Source: Dudresnaya verticillata (Eukaryota). Taken from it: a DNA stretch of 64,000 nt. The position numbers and the translations under genes were made by a program. The notes under the pieces were generated by a model that was not told the DNA's origin, did not search any database, and saw nothing but the letters and a program-made list of their open reading frames with translations. Shown one piece after another: positions 1 to 13,040 of this stretch. Numbering within the stretch: the first letter of the stretch is position 1; each line of letters starts with the position of its first letter. Location: positions 1,488,001 to 1,552,000 of the forward strand of contig OZ374559.1 in NCBI GenBank assembly GCA_977862235.1, in the 5' to 3' direction.

Positions 1-895
1 TTCCAAGACGGACAACGAGTCCGATTGTACCAAATGTTTTCAGGGGCGCCCCTTCTCCATCTCGAAAGTCTTGAAGCGCACTGGCGCGCGGTTGTGTCTT
101 GTTGTGGACCTTAGTGAGCGGATGTAACCGCGGAATATCGCAGCGGCGAATACAGTTTGGTCCAATCGTGGTATTTAGCACCGTTAAAAGTCGCACTGTG
201 CTTGACGAACGCAAGCCGCCATTGGCGTAGACCCTAAACTTCCGCCCATTCAGGACTCTTATTCCGCGATTAGGACGCACCTCGACTTGGTAACGCCAAG
301 GACGGCGAAGTGGACAATCCTCGGTCAAACGTGGTAATCCACGAGCATTGCGACGGACGAGAACCCTCAGGCCAATTGCGGAGCTTTTCTCCATTTGTCG
401 ACAACAGAATTTATCCTCGTCAATCGAGGTTTCGGTACTTGCAGCACACGTGAGCAAACCACAATAAAATCGTTACGCGGTATACCGCGGATCGGAGAGG
501 CTTTTGCATATGGCTCGGGCCCATCTCAACGAGCCTTTTGGAACTCGAGCCTTCTCAGCGTTGGTTAACAACGAGTAGTTCCGGACTACCTCCAAGTGGT
601 CGCGGCCTAGAATCGGACAGCCCGAGTGTAAATACTCGTGCGAGTAGCACATTGAGCAAATTGAATCGCGGTTATCCGCGTGCATCTTAATCGGAAGTGC
701 TTCCGGATGTCGCCGCGGAGGCGTTGGGATTGCGAAACATGGCGAAGACGAACCTGCCGAAAAGAGAGGAAGGGGTTGCCCAAACCAGTGTTCGAAGTGG
801 TCTTCCACGATGGTAGCAGGCGAGCAGCGGTGCGGCCGTGGCCAGGGGTGTGGTAGAGCACGGAGCACGGGGTGTGCCCCGGAATGTAGAAACAA
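1..895 (-). pseudogene. Decayed Ty3/gypsy Gag C-terminus (Zn-knuckle-like) followed by an aspartic protease remnant
   Basis: ORF 473-895 contains CSMCYSHEYLHSGCP (CCHC-like). My translation of the minus strand from ~260 to 1 gives LLTVLNTTIGPNCIRR...LKTFGTIGLVVRLG, resembling the degenerate protease ISVLGSGVGPNRIS at ~6410. Confidence 0.55.
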
Positions 896-2881
896 CGGGG
901 TTGGGTCGACTGTAAAGCCCCGATCACGTCGGTGGTTAACAGTGGTTCAAACCCACAAACAGTAATGCCGACGTCGGCTGCAGGATGAACAAAGCGGTTG
1001 GGCCGCGCAAGCAAGAATAGGGATACGTAGCCTGAGTCGCAAGCAGTGGCAGCACCGCGTGCAAGCACGGGGGTTCCCTAGACTCTGCTGCGGGCTTGCC
1101 GATCTACTGAGAGAGGGGCTCACCCCTTACACTAAGTACTCTCGCGCGCGCGCCGCGCGCGTGTCAGGCGCTGTGCGCCTGCCACTTGTCACGCCCTCAC
1201 GCTGCGAGTCTCCATAATATCGCGCTAAAATATCTATGTATAATTACTACACTCGCACTGTAAATCAGTGTAATATAAGGGTACGCATTGCTGGCGCGCA
1301 TCCGATCAAGGACTCCCTCGGATATTGTCCGCGCGTGTGTGCGCATGTAAACGTGGATGATTGTCCACACTTGTTCGCGTGTACTCCAGCGGGAGTCCGC
1401 GCGAAAACATGGTCCCGGGGCACTGCACCACAGTAGCGGTGGTAGAGCGGGAGGAACCCAGAGGGCAGACGAGGGTACGTAACCTAATTGGAAGCACGAT
1501 ACTGAAGGTAGTTCACTGGGCGGGCGGTTAACCGGGCACGGACGACAAGTGTGCAGCTTGTAGTGCAACGGCAAGGGGCCTCCGAAAACGAGCCGGTCGA
1601 CCGGGCCACGCAACCCGAATTGTCCAACTCACAGAAGACACTAGGCCCAAGTCACTACTGTACGACCGCGCGGACGGCGGTGGACAACGGCAAGGAACCA
1701 CACGCGTGACACGTGGGTCACACGCGTATACGTGTCAACCACGTGGCCAGCGCGAAGAAAAATTGTCATATCTGGACAGTCCGAACAATCTGGATACGCA
1801 AATCGGGATCGAAATGAGATCGGATTACGGAAAAGGATTTGGCCGCAATGCCATATCAAGGAATCAAGCACGGAAAAATCAAGGGCAAATCTAACTAATA
1901 CGACCACTGATCAACTGACAAGTACTCGATTTAATTCGGTAGGGCTCTAATATTGGCCCGAAGCCAGGATTCGAGGAAGATATTTCGGGCCCTGGTGAGT
2001 AACCTCGGCCACTAACTGTAGAATAGCCTTAGATTAGATCAGATGGCCGATTTTGGGTCTATTTAGATGGCCACACACCCCGTCTCAGCTGGCACAGGTA
2101 CGAAGCCGTCCCGCCAGAGGTTGGGAGTAAAGTTTTGCAACCTTTCCTCGACTTCGCCATTCTACTGTTCTCATCCAGTGTTTGGTCACGACTTCGTCTG
2201 CGCGCTCCCGCTCTACCACGCTTGCTACCGGCGCGCAGGTCCGGTCTACGTTCTGGCCAGTTTCTACGAAATCCGACAGGTCTTTTTGCTCTTCATGGGG
2301 TCTCGTTTTGGCCCCGCACCCGGTGGTGTTTTTCGAGATACGACGGTGTCGATGGCTTGGAGACGTAGTTGGGGCCGGAAGGTGCTTGTCTTTACTGTAC
2401 AGTGACCGCTCCGGGAGGTACCCTTATATGGTACTCCGAGTGTGATGCAACACCACTCATACCGGGCTATATACACGCCCCCTATCCTAAGCTATAATTT
2501 CTAAATAAATAGACAGATACTAAGTTACTGACCTACAGGGTAACACTTGGACTAATCATAGACCACCAGTCTTTTCCCTGCTGGCGACCCATAGTTAACG
2601 CTATTTAGGCGCATAAACGTGGGCAGAGGGCCCACTTCTGGAAGCCTTTCACTGGTTTACAATAAGTACTACTACGCGAGGACGAATACGCGTGAACCCG
2701 AGAGACGGTTCGTACTCGGCCAATTCGTAACGTCCGCGGAACTTACCAACGGTCTGCCGTATATTAGCGGATACGAGATCCGCCAGCAAGGCATACGGAG
2801 GGGCACGCGCACCGCAGGCCTCGGAGCGGTTCGCGCAAGAATCGAACGGGAAAACGCAGAGCAATCAGCGATTTCAATGCA

Positions 2882-3576
2882 TGTGGTGAAGTGAGCCGTG
2901 GCGCGCATGCGGCGCGCCGACGGCGGGGCAACCGTAACGGATGGTGTGGCACTACGCCACGCTGATGATGTGGCGACGTGTAACCGTGTCGATCGTGTGC
3001 GCTTTACTGTGAACTGGTACGCATCTCTGTACTGTAAGTGGAGCACACCAACCGTAGCGGAGTATTTGTGGGATTTATTCTTTATTTTTAGTGAGTATCT
3101 GTACAGTGTGCAGAGTAATGCGCCAGCCAATGAGATTGCTACGAATGTCCGTGTCGGAGATTGGGACCAGCAGGGCCGATTCCACCTTATGACCAGACCA
3201 CTAGGGTCTGGCCCCCATGGACCGGACAGCTCGGTGCCACCCTGACCTGTATATCAGGGCGACACCGCAGCGGATCCTAGGGTAAACGGGCAAGCAACCG
3301 TTGAGCCCCAATCCCACTGTACCTCTTTCCTTTACGGTTCTCCCCGCGCCGAGCCCGTTGCGGTCTACCACCACCACCGTTACGGAGTCTATCCCGGCAC
3401 TTGTACCACCCCCTTTTCTGTTGCTTCCCAATATCCGTTTCGGTTAGCCGCTCGCCGTTCTCCCGTCTCGGTGCGAACTCCTCTACCACCCCGTGGAGGT
3501 AGTGTCGCTCTCGTCCCGAGTAGGAAAGTCAGGCAAGCTGTCCGTTACGGAGTTCGTGGGTTTTCACTACTCCACA
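2882..3576 (+). repeat. Putative 5' LTR of the gypsy element (~695 bp)
   Basis: TGTGG(2882)...CCACA(3576) terminal inverted repeat, followed by a PBS-like motif. No second LTR in the window to confirm the left boundary. Confidence 0.55.
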
Positions 3577-3581
3577 TCTTT

Positions 3582-3600
3582 TAGTCTCCCGACCTAGAAC
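3582..3600 (+). promoter_or_regulatory. Primer-binding site (TGG>TAG mutated), possibly tRNA-Tyr
   Basis: TAGTCTCCCGACCTAGAAC just after the LTR end; a TGG version of the same motif follows a CA at 11596. The tRNA identity is inferred from the GGGAGACCA complement. Confidence 0.6.
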
Positions 3601-3832
3601 ACCGTCACGGTTGGAAGAAACAGCCATCGAAATCCGCTACGGTAGGAATTCGGCTGTACCGACATCCCGTCACGGAATATTGGATAGACAAGCAAGAACA
3701 ACCGTTGTGTTCCGTTAAGGTATCATGCAGAACGAATAACACGCAGACCCTCCCGTTACGGAACGTAAAGCGGGTGACACTACCCCCGCTGCACGCGGTC
3801 TGCGGAGTGAAGGAGGTGAAATCTGTTCTGGA

Positions 3833-6223
3833 GTGGAGAACCCAGAAGACATCCTTAAGGGTACTGCTGGTAAAGCTCCCCGTTCCCGTGTCGGATCAGA
3901 AGCCTCGAGGAAGGCAGCTCGGCAACCCAAACAGGAATCCCATCGGGTCCACTGGGTCCTGTCGGATGTCCTTCCTAGGGTGTTAGAGCATCTCCGATTG
4001 GAAGGACAGCCGGGAATGGTGAAAGAGGTGGAGATATCCCTCTCGGAAACTGTTCCGTCTTTGGTTAATTCCTATCTGGAGCAGCACATTCCTCGGATAG
4101 TGCAAGCTTTGATCCTACAGGAAAAGGTGGCCGCCGAGCTCGAGAACCAGATTGCTCGCGGCATGGCAAGGCCTCCCGCTACGGAAGCCCTTACCGAGCA
4201 ACCACCGTTACGGAATGACTTCCCGGTCGAGGGAAGAACACAGCAGCCGCAACACCCCCCGTTATGGGATTAAAGTCGGGTACAGTATCCTCTGGGCCAC
4301 TGCCACCGGCTCCCGTAACGGATTCTCAACATCAATACGCCCCTACGGGACCAACACACACTCAGCCACCGTTACGGTCTTCTCCTGGACACGTAGATGT
4401 GCCTACGCCAGGGCGCTATCAGCAAGAGCGCTCTACCGTTCCGGTTCGAGCGGGTGGAGGCAGCGCCCATGTCAGCGATGCGTCCAGCTCACCCCATCCG
4501 AGTCGGAGGACCGGTCGAGGTCGGCATAATCGAGATGCCCGACACTCCCGCTCTGCCCCGCCCCGTCGGTCGCACATGGGCGACCATACCCAGCGACGAC
4601 GCCACCAATCCGGCAGGGAATCTAATGAGACAAGCTCAGAAGATAGCCAGCACCGCTCGCGGAAAAGGAGAAACAGCAGATCGCGGAAAGACGAAAAAGG
4701 CATGACTCCTCTTCCTCTACGGATTCAGACGCGGACAGTTCTTCCATAACGGATAGAGAGAACAGGCAGCGGGCCAGAAAACACGGTGCCAAATCCGGAA
4801 AGGTGAAGGGAATCCGGCCGCTAGATGACAAGTTTGTCAAGGCGCTGGACTACCGCACCTACCGATTGGATAAGAGGAGTAAGAAGTACGGTTCTAAGTT
4901 CTCACAGAACATGAGCCGTATACGAAAGAAACTTGACGTCCAGATGTCGTCCCATACATTCGATGGGACGGACCCTATTACCGTCTTGGGATTTCTCGCC
5001 AAGTTCCGTGACGGTTGTAATATGAATGGCATCGCCGAAAGGATTGCCGTCAGGTGCTTGTAGTTTTTCCTAAAAGGACAGACCAAAGTCCTTCTACAGG
5101 CTAGGCTTGCTGGAGGTACCATGGCTGTTGATGTGGAGCAGGCTGAGATGCTCCGCTCCTACTCCGAGGTGGTGAATTTCCTACTGAGGACTTACGCTAC
5201 GGATGAAGTGATCGCTGAAGCCTATACAAATGTCAGCAATTTCAAACACCCGCCATGACGGAAGAGCAGTTCTCTAACCAACTCTGGGCAAATGCTCCCA
5301 GCTGCGGTACTGTATTTTCCGATCGGGCATTGAAGTCACTGTTCGTCGAGGGGCTCCTACCTAGGACACGTCAACAGATGCGAAATTATCTGGCAACGCT
5401 TTCCCAGCTGGATTACCAGGCCATCACTCGCTACGCGACTGGCCTGGGTCAGTCCCATCGGGCAGCTCGCCAAACCGTTCCGGCTCACGTCTTTGATGGG
5501 CGTACCCAAGCGCGCCCGTCTAAGGTGTTGCCATGGATTCCGTATTGGATGTACACTACGAGCCGCAAGGAAATCTTTCCGCTACGGATGATCATAATCA
5601 TACGTGATCATACGCATGATCAAGTGCTAGCAGTCGAGGGAGGCCACGGTGCCGCTATGGGAACAAGTACGGGGGTTACCTTTTCAACCCCGTACTCTTC
5701 ACCCCCGCAAAGCGTTCACCGTATGCGGCCCAGGATGCCACGAGCGCAAGGTCCCCCCTATGGTGGATCTCGCCCGGCTCCTGGCCCCCAACAGCAGCCG
5801 AGTCACCGTTACGGAAATAATGCCCACGATGGGCGAGGACAGCAGCAACCAGCACCTCCGCTACGGGATGAGTCGGATCCTCGGGTGCGACGCCTTTACG
5901 GAAGAGGCAATTGCCGCATCTGTCTTTCCGCAGAACATGTCGTTTGCCCGTGGATAAACGACGCCGATCGGGTTAAGCTGATGGAAGAGCGTGAGAGCAA
6001 CTTCCAGCGGCACTACCCTGTAGGCCGCAGGATTGTCGTGGGAACCAGTTCTAATCCGCAAAGGAATCGGGGCAAGCCGCAAACGCCTCCTCCGCAACGG
6101 AATGCCCCGATATTATCGGCTGAGGACCATGACGGGGTGGAATACGCGGAATTGCGCGAGCCCATGGAGGTGGATCGGACTGGTGCACTCTTGATTTCGG
6201 AAAACTCAAGGGGGGACGCGTAA
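3833..6223 (+). pseudogene. Gypsy gag, disrupted
   Basis: Collinear ORF pieces 3833-4273, 4264-4749, 4803-5063 (ALDYRTYRL..FDGTDPITVLGFL) and 5255-6223 (LKSLFVEGLL; CRICLSAEHVVCP knuckle). Confidence 0.8.
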
Positions 6224-6261
6224 GGGCGCCGCCATCCCCGCCTCACGGCGTTCCACCTCTC

Positions 6262-9200
6262 GTGAGTGTGGACTTGGCCCGGGATCGGCGAGGTACCGTT
6301 ACGGAACTCCCATTGGCTTTTCAGACCAATGATCCTATATGTGTTATGCAACAACAAAATTATAAGATTCAAATTACCGTGGGACGGACAGATAGCGTGA
6401 TGCTTCCTATAATCTCCGTATTGGGCTCTGGCGTGGGGCCAAATCGCATTAGTGCCAGGCGACTTCCCCGTCAATGGCTACCCCTGATTCGCACCGCCGC
6501 CAGTCCTCCCGGATGCATCTAATCGCGCTACCCGCCCCCTTGGTCAGATCTAACTTTTCGTCCGTATCGGAGAGCTCCGTGCTCGCGTCCATTTTCTAGC
6601 GGTCGCGAACTTGGCGGCTCCCTGTATTTTGGGAACTACCTTCATCGACCGCTACGTGAAGGCCATCCTCCCTCCGTTACGGAAAGTTGTTTTTCATCAT
6701 TACCCCCGGTATCCCTTGTTGGTCAAGCCAAAAATCCGAAGACGGGTACCGCCGCAACCCTACAGCCCTCACCTTTATCCACCGCTGCGGTTTCTCAGAA
6801 AATTCGTTTAGCAAGATCTACCCCTATTCCCCCTATGACTCAAACCTCTGTAACGGTTCATACCCTACGGGTGGGTTATGCTTTCTACAAAATCATCCTA
6901 AGCGGCTTTTAAGCACCTCACGTTAATGGCTAACGGTATTATGGATGTTGTACCTAACAAACCGTTTCGGATCTGGGTCTCTAATTATTTCTAACAAGCC
7001 GGTACAGTTGCCCAAATCTACTGTCGTGGGCCTCGCTACTGCTGCCCCTTCTCCTATTTTACCGTTGACGGTATACCTCCATTTAAGGAGGGGGAGGAAT
7101 TATTCAATCATTTAATTCTAACCTTACCTCCGAAAAGGCCAGCATCATCTCCCCTCACGACAAGGAAGTAACCAAACCCGTAATGGAAACTACAAATACT
7201 ACCGACTGTAAGGATCAAGTCCAGATCGGTACAGAAGAAACATCGCTCCGTAAACGGATTTTAGCCCTACTCGAGGAATGCAAGTCGATGTGGAGTGGCG
7301 ATCTTGGCAACATTACAGCTGCCAAGCACCGCATCGAGTTAACTCCCGGAGCTAAACCAGTATGTCAAGCCCCATACCGTGCCGGACATAAGCAGCGAGA
7401 CCTCGAAAAGACAGAGATCGATCGCATGCTTTCCGCTAAGGTAATTGAGCCAGCCTCATCGGAGTGGGCCAGTCCCGTGGTTTTCGTTCCAAAAAAGGAC
7501 GACACCATGCGGTTCTGTGTTCACTATAGAAGGCTCAATTCCGTAACAGTTAGGTACTCATACCCATTGCCCAGGATGGATGAGTGCATAGATTCCCTTG
7601 GGGAGGCTACTGTATTTACCACTCTGGATTGCGGATATTGGCAAGTCGAGATTCCGGAAGAGGAAAGGGACAAAATACCTTTACTAGCCATTTTGGCTTA
7701 TACCGTTTTCGGAGAATGCGATTCGGATTGAAGAATGCGCCGGCAACCTTCCAACGGGTATTGGATATAATCCTTTCTACGGTTAAATGGCAATTTGCCC
7801 TCGTCTACCTAGACGATGTAAGTGTCTACTCAAAAACCGTTACGGAACATTTCCACAACCTGAAGGAAGTCCTTACGCTTTCAAGATCCGCTGGGGTAAC
7901 GTTGAAGTTGTCAAAGTGTGACTTCTTCAACGCGTCTGTACAATACCTGGGGCATGTTATCCGTCCCGGAAAATTAGAAGTGGATAATCGGAATATGCAA
8001 TCCGTTACGGTCACGAAGCCGCCGACTAACCAAACGGAGTTACGATCCTTCTTGGGAATGTACAATGGGTATCGTTGCTTTGTACCCAACTTCGCTCGGA
8101 TTTCAGCGCCGCTGAATAAGAAAACCGGCAAGGGCTCACCCTTTGAGTTTGGTATATTATCCGATACGGAATACGAAGCCTTCGAGGAACTGAAGAGACG
8201 CCTCATCTCGCCACCTATACTGGCTCTACCCCGTCATGGATATAAATATACGTTGGCAACTGACGCATGTGACCATCAAGTCAGCTGTGTCCTTCTGCAG
8301 GAACAGCCGAATGGCGATCACCTCCCTATTGGATACTGGAGCCGGAGCCTCAACGATGCGGAGAAACATTATACTACAACCGAAAAGGAATGCTTAGCCG
8401 TGGTCTGGAGCATCTTAACACTCCGAACATAACTTTACGGTGACAAGTTTATTCTCCGAACGGATCACGATGCCCTGCGATGGATCCTGAACCTCGCAGA
8501 CTCATTTGGCCGCCCAGCCAGGTGGAGGCTCTGCCTATCGGAATTTGAATTTGAGGTGCAATACCGTCCAGGAATTAAGCATCAACTCGCCGATGGGATG
8601 TCGCGACTCCGAACGGATGGCGGTGGCGATAGACCTTTGGATGAAGAGATACTTTGCCTTGTCGCCGAAAATACCGTCGATGGATTATATGAACATGGAG
8701 TTTATTTAACCAATTGGGCCACATCACAAGAAACCGCTATGGAAAATGACGCAATATGCGCCGTGGAGCCCGCCGGTGGGAGTGCATCCGCCTCCCCTGA
8801 CAAGCCCGACGATATACCGTCACGGTTTACTATAATCCAAGAATCCGATGTTAAGGATGAGACAATAACCAGCGAGTATTTTCTCAAAGCGCAAGCCCGA
8901 GACTTTTTCTGTCGTCTCAAAGCCGATATGGTAGGCTCCTCTGGATCACAATTTGACTATGACCGTAACGGATTCTTGGTACGCAAGTCCCAATTGGATG
9001 GTGCTCTGCAGAAGGTGGTGCCAAGCGAACTCCGTGGACGGGTATTGTATTTATCCCACTACACCCTGATGTCGGGTCATCCAGGCGGAATTAAGATGTT
9101 TTATACACTCCGACAGGATTATTACTGGCCTCATATGGCCAACGATGTATTTGAATCCGTTCGGACATGTCACGCCTGCGTCAAGACGAAGGGAACCCGC

Positions 9201-9625
9201 TTTCGGAATCAAAGGTTTATGAAACTTTTCCAGGCTAGCGGACCCTTGTAGTTTGTTGCTATCGACATCCTGGGGCCACTTCCGAAGACAAAACGGGGTT
9301 ATATCTACGTTTTGGTAATAACCGATCGGTTCTCTAAGCTGACACGCTGTATTCCGTTGCGGACAACAACAGCCGTTGTGGTGGCTAACGCCTTTCTGGA
9401 CTTTTGGGTGTATGCGTATGACGCACCCCAATTTGTCCTAACCGATAACGGACCGCAGTTTACTGCTAAGTTCTTTGATGCGGCGTGCTCCCTGCTCGGA
9501 GTCAGGCATCTACTCACCGCCGCCCACCATCCGCAGACAAATGGGCAAGCTGAGCGATTTAATAAGATAATCGCCCAACGTTTGCGCCATTACGTTGAGG
9601 ATCATCACTCCGATTGGGATTTGTA
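6262..9625 (+). pseudogene. Gypsy pol (PR-RT-RNase H-integrase), disrupted
   Basis: ORF pieces 6262-6522, 6611-6811 (CILGTTFID), 7183-7731, 7584-8432, 8556-9251 and 9312-9650 carry the canonical motifs. Confidence 0.93.
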
Positions 9626-9775
9626 CCTGGTAGTAGTATTTCTAACCTAGATATTTTTGCGGGAGATTTCAGTTAGCTCGCGGTGTAGTACAGACGCTGT
9701 GCGCAAAACGACTCCGTGGTCTACGTGAAAATAATCGAGCAATACAAATTTCGAAGTGACTCCGCGAATGCGCAC

Positions 9776-9960
9776 GCCACGATGGCAAACGTACTACAGT
9801 GCGCATACTGTGCATGCGCCACGATGGCATTCGAATTACAGCACGCACGCGATACGAAATCGCTGACACCACCGGACGAATTCCGAGCTGACTCCGTGAT
9901 CACGCGCGCCACGATGGCATTCGCATTACAGTGCGCGCCCGATACGAAATCGCTGACACC
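9776..9960 (+). repeat. Short direct-repeat cluster (~55-bp unit, 90-bp spacing)
   Basis: GCGCCACGATGGCATTCG..GATACGAAATCGCTGACACC at 9816-9870 and 9906-9960, with a partial copy at 9776. Confidence 0.8.
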
Positions 9961-10399
9961 TTCGTGATCTTCCCGTTGTTTCCCGCGCGTGGCCGCACCG
10001 AGGCCCACGACGCGCGTGCACCTCCGCATACATCGCTGGCGCACTTCGTAACCGCCACCGTACTTGAGACGACCGTTCGTTGGCACCGAGGCCGTTACGA
10101 ATCATTCGACTACGAACCGTCTCCCGCGTTGACGTGTATTCGTGCTCACGTATTACCCCTTAGCCAGTCGTCTGGCACAACCTCCGAGGGTTTCCGGTAA
10201 GCGACTAGCGCCTGGACCTCGGAGTCTTCGGTAAACGCCTGTTTCTTCGAGTTCGGTGTCTTCGTCTTCGGGACCGCGGATAGGGTCGAGCTTCGCTTTC
10301 GATAGCCTCGCGCCCCCGGAGTCATCCCCGGTGATCGATCGCTCGAGTTCCGCCTTCCGCGCACGAATACGCTGACACCGTGGTCCTTCGTGTTGGTCG

Positions 10400-11043
10400 T
10401 GTGGCATAGACGTCAGGTCGAACTGACGTCTAGCTGCGCTGGTCGATCAGTCGCACCCAGACCCGTCGAAGGGCGGTTGCTGTGGTGGTAGAGCGGCGGT
10501 GTCGGCCGCGCGCGCCGTCGACGGTCGCGGATCAACGGCGTCGAAGCCTGAGCGCGCACGGGGCGTACTGTACGCGGGCGGCAGCGGCCGGATCCCTGCG
10601 TCCCCGTCGTGGGGCGGCACGAAGCCGACTGTAGGGAAAGGAAAAGGAAAGCCTAGACGGCTAGGGAAAGAGGGAAGCCGTAGGGCGAAGGACTGGGAAA
10701 GAAACCCAAAGCAGAAAGGGCAAGCCTGGCGTAGGCTGGCTTGCCTGGTTTACTGATGCCCAGAGGGGCGACTACTAGATATAATGTATTATATACAGGG
10801 CCTGCGGCGGCACCAACCCGGGAGGTGCGCCGGCGCGCCCCAACACGCGTCGACGCGTACGGGTAATGGTAACCCGGGGGCGCGCGTGGGCGAAACGGTC
10901 CACACGTACTCAACGGCTCGACGCCGGAGTGCGCGCGCCCGTGTCACGCACTCAACGGCTCTGCGCCGGAGTGCGTGCGCGCAGCGCGCAGGACAGCAGG
11001 GAGTTCGACCGCCGCTTACACTTAGACGGTGCTGTACACTACA
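10400..11043 (-). repeat. LTR remnant related to the chromovirus LTR at 55333-56107
   Basis: TGTGGCATAGACGTCAGGTCGA aligns with TGTAGTATAGACGTCGGGTCGA (55333). Shared blocks include GGGCAGCGGCCGGATCCC-like, GGGCGGCACGAAGCCGAC and CTCAACGGCTCGA. Right boundary approximate. Confidence 0.7.
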
Positions 11044-11106
11044 AAACAATAAACGTAGAAATTACATGGGAGTTTCAGTGTCACACGCGTACGCGTGCAC
11101 ACGCGG

Positions 11107-11445
11107 GCGCCACTGCGCACTTCCTTACAGTTCAGCGGGGCTTCGGCGCCACCGGCTGACAGCACGCGCACAGCAGTGCACACGTGGCGCAGCTGGTCTT
11201 ACAGCTGCGCGCGCCACTGCGCACTTCCTTACAGTTCAGCGGGGCTTCGGCGCCACCGGCGGACAGCGCGCGCACAGCAGTGGACACGTGGCACAGCTGG
11301 TCTTACAGCTGCGCGCGCCACTGCGCACTTCCTTACAGTTCAGCGGGGCTTCGGCGCCACCGGCTGACAGCGTGCGCACAGCAGTGCACACGTGGCGCAG
11401 CTGGTCTTACAGCTGCGCGTGCGTGGCACAGCTGGTCTTACAGCT
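11107..11445 (+). repeat. Tandem repeat, 104-bp unit, about 3.3 copies, probably inside a gypsy LTR ending at 11594
   Basis: GCGCCACTGCGCACTTCCTTACAGTTCAGCGGGGCTTCGG starts at 11107, 11211 and 11315. Confidence 0.9.
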
Positions 11446-11595
11446 ATGCCACACCACAGGTCGCTCCGCTCTACCACACTACCACCCCTTTTCCTTTCTC
11501 CGTTACGCTATGAGGCCACACACACGTTAGGCTCCGAGGCCATTCCTTACCGTGCGAGACTACCCCGCGTCACCGTGGACTTCGTTATACCACAC

Positions 11596-12120
11596 TGGTC
11601 TCCCGACCTAGAACGCGGTTCCGAAGTTTCGCATTTATTCGTAATTCGTTTATATCCGAGACACGATGTCTCACGCTCCGAGTCGTCCCGATTCGCCGGT
11701 ACCGAAACCCGATGACGTACCGATTCCGGAGCTCCCGTTGTTCGACTCGAACGCGAGTGACCGAGAACCGTTTTCTCGCACTCGCGCTTCACGTGTAAAG
11801 GTACCCGATCTTCGCACAGACTCGCGTTCGCAGCTCGCACGTGTTTACGGATGAACAGTTGAACGCTATTCGTGACATTGTGTCCGCCGCGTTACAGAAG
11901 GAAAAGACTTGAAGTCGCGAACATCGTCCCGATGCCCGTCCTGACCCCCGCAATTCGCCGCTAGTTCAACTCGTGCAAGGCCCGGATGCCCAATCTACGT
12001 TACCGAAAAACACGTATCCGAATCAGTCACCGCACCCTTCATCGTATCAGGCAACCGATGCCTCCGACAACCCCCGTATCAACCCCGCAGTATTCCGAGA
12101 TTCGCTTCAACCACCGATGT
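11596..12120 (+). mobile_element. PBS plus leader/gag start of a second, truncated gypsy element
   Basis: ...ACCACA (11594) is followed by TGGTCTCCCGACCTAGAAC (11596-11614), the same PBS as at 3582, then broken Pro-rich ORFs. Confidence 0.6.
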
Positions 12121-12419
12121 CCCCCGGAGGGGCCGTAAACACTAATTTCGCCGGCTACAGAATTTCCAAAACAGAACAGAATTTTTTGAGGGTCCTTGAA
12201 TCCCGGCGTTCGATAGCGCGTTGGAAAGGGGGCGCTACCCTGAGAATAGTGGTGCAAACAGATCGGAGCAAACGCATATAGTTTCGGAGTTATGCGCTCC
12301 GGCATATGGGGCCCCCCCGGGGTCGAAAGTTGTGATTTTTCCGAAAAGTTCCAATTAAAAATTCTCCAGAAATTGATTCTGGCCCGTCCCGCCGCCCGCG
12401 ACCACGCCCCCCGACCGCA

Positions 12420-13040
12420 CACCGCATTCTGGCGACTTCCCGCCGCATTCCGACGCGCTCGGACTTGGCTTCCCACCGCATTCCGACGCGCTCGGACTTG
12501 GCTTCCCACCGCATTCCGACGCGCGCTCGGCCACCTCCCCACGTCCGACAGCCACTCCCACCATCACCTTTCCTGGTGCTGCTACCGGCCCACGCATTCC
12601 GCATTCTGGCGCGTGCGCACGCGCTCTGCTTCTGCCTTGCGCGTAATGAGGCGCGCTTCCCCACCCCCTCCCAGACCCGTAGTGCCGCTCCCCGCCCAGG
12701 TCCGGCCTGTGACCGCACTCTGTCTCACGCTCCCTGCCGTTCACCGACACCTCGCCGTCACCCTTCCCCGCGCTCCTGCGCACCGCGCCCGGCCGCATTC
12801 TGACACGTCCACATGAAGTTGCCGAATTCGGGCGCACGGTCAGCCCCTCGCAGCAGTCTCCCGACACGCCTCCCTCACCCTTCCCCGCGCTCCTGCGCAC
12901 CGCGCCCGGCCGCGTACTGACACGTCCTCATCAAGTGCCCGCATTCTGACGCATGTTCAGCCCCGCCCAGCAGTCCCCCGACACGCCTCCCTCACCCCTA
13001 CCCCGCTCCTGTGCGGCACGGCCACCCGCATTCTGACCCG
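12420..13040 (+). repeat. C-rich degenerate repeat array (33-bp and ~117-bp units sharing a CCGCATTC core)
   Basis: CCGCATTCCGACGCGCTCGGACTTGGCTTCCCA about 2.7 copies from 12443; CCGACAC..CACCC..CCCCGC blocks at ~12744, 12861 and 12978. Confidence 0.8.

Larger units (their letters stand above)
2882..9625 (+). mobile_element. Decayed, 3'-truncated Ty3/gypsy LTR retrotransposon (LTR-PBS-gag-PR-RT-RH-INT)
   Basis: Gypsy domain order; RT motifs WASPVVFVPKKD, YPLPRMDE, FGLKNAPATFQ, YLDD; RNase H TDAC..EKECLAVVW; integrase HPG..CHAC and LTDNGPQF..PQTNGQAER. Many stops and frameshifts; ends after HHSDWDLY. Confidence 0.95.
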
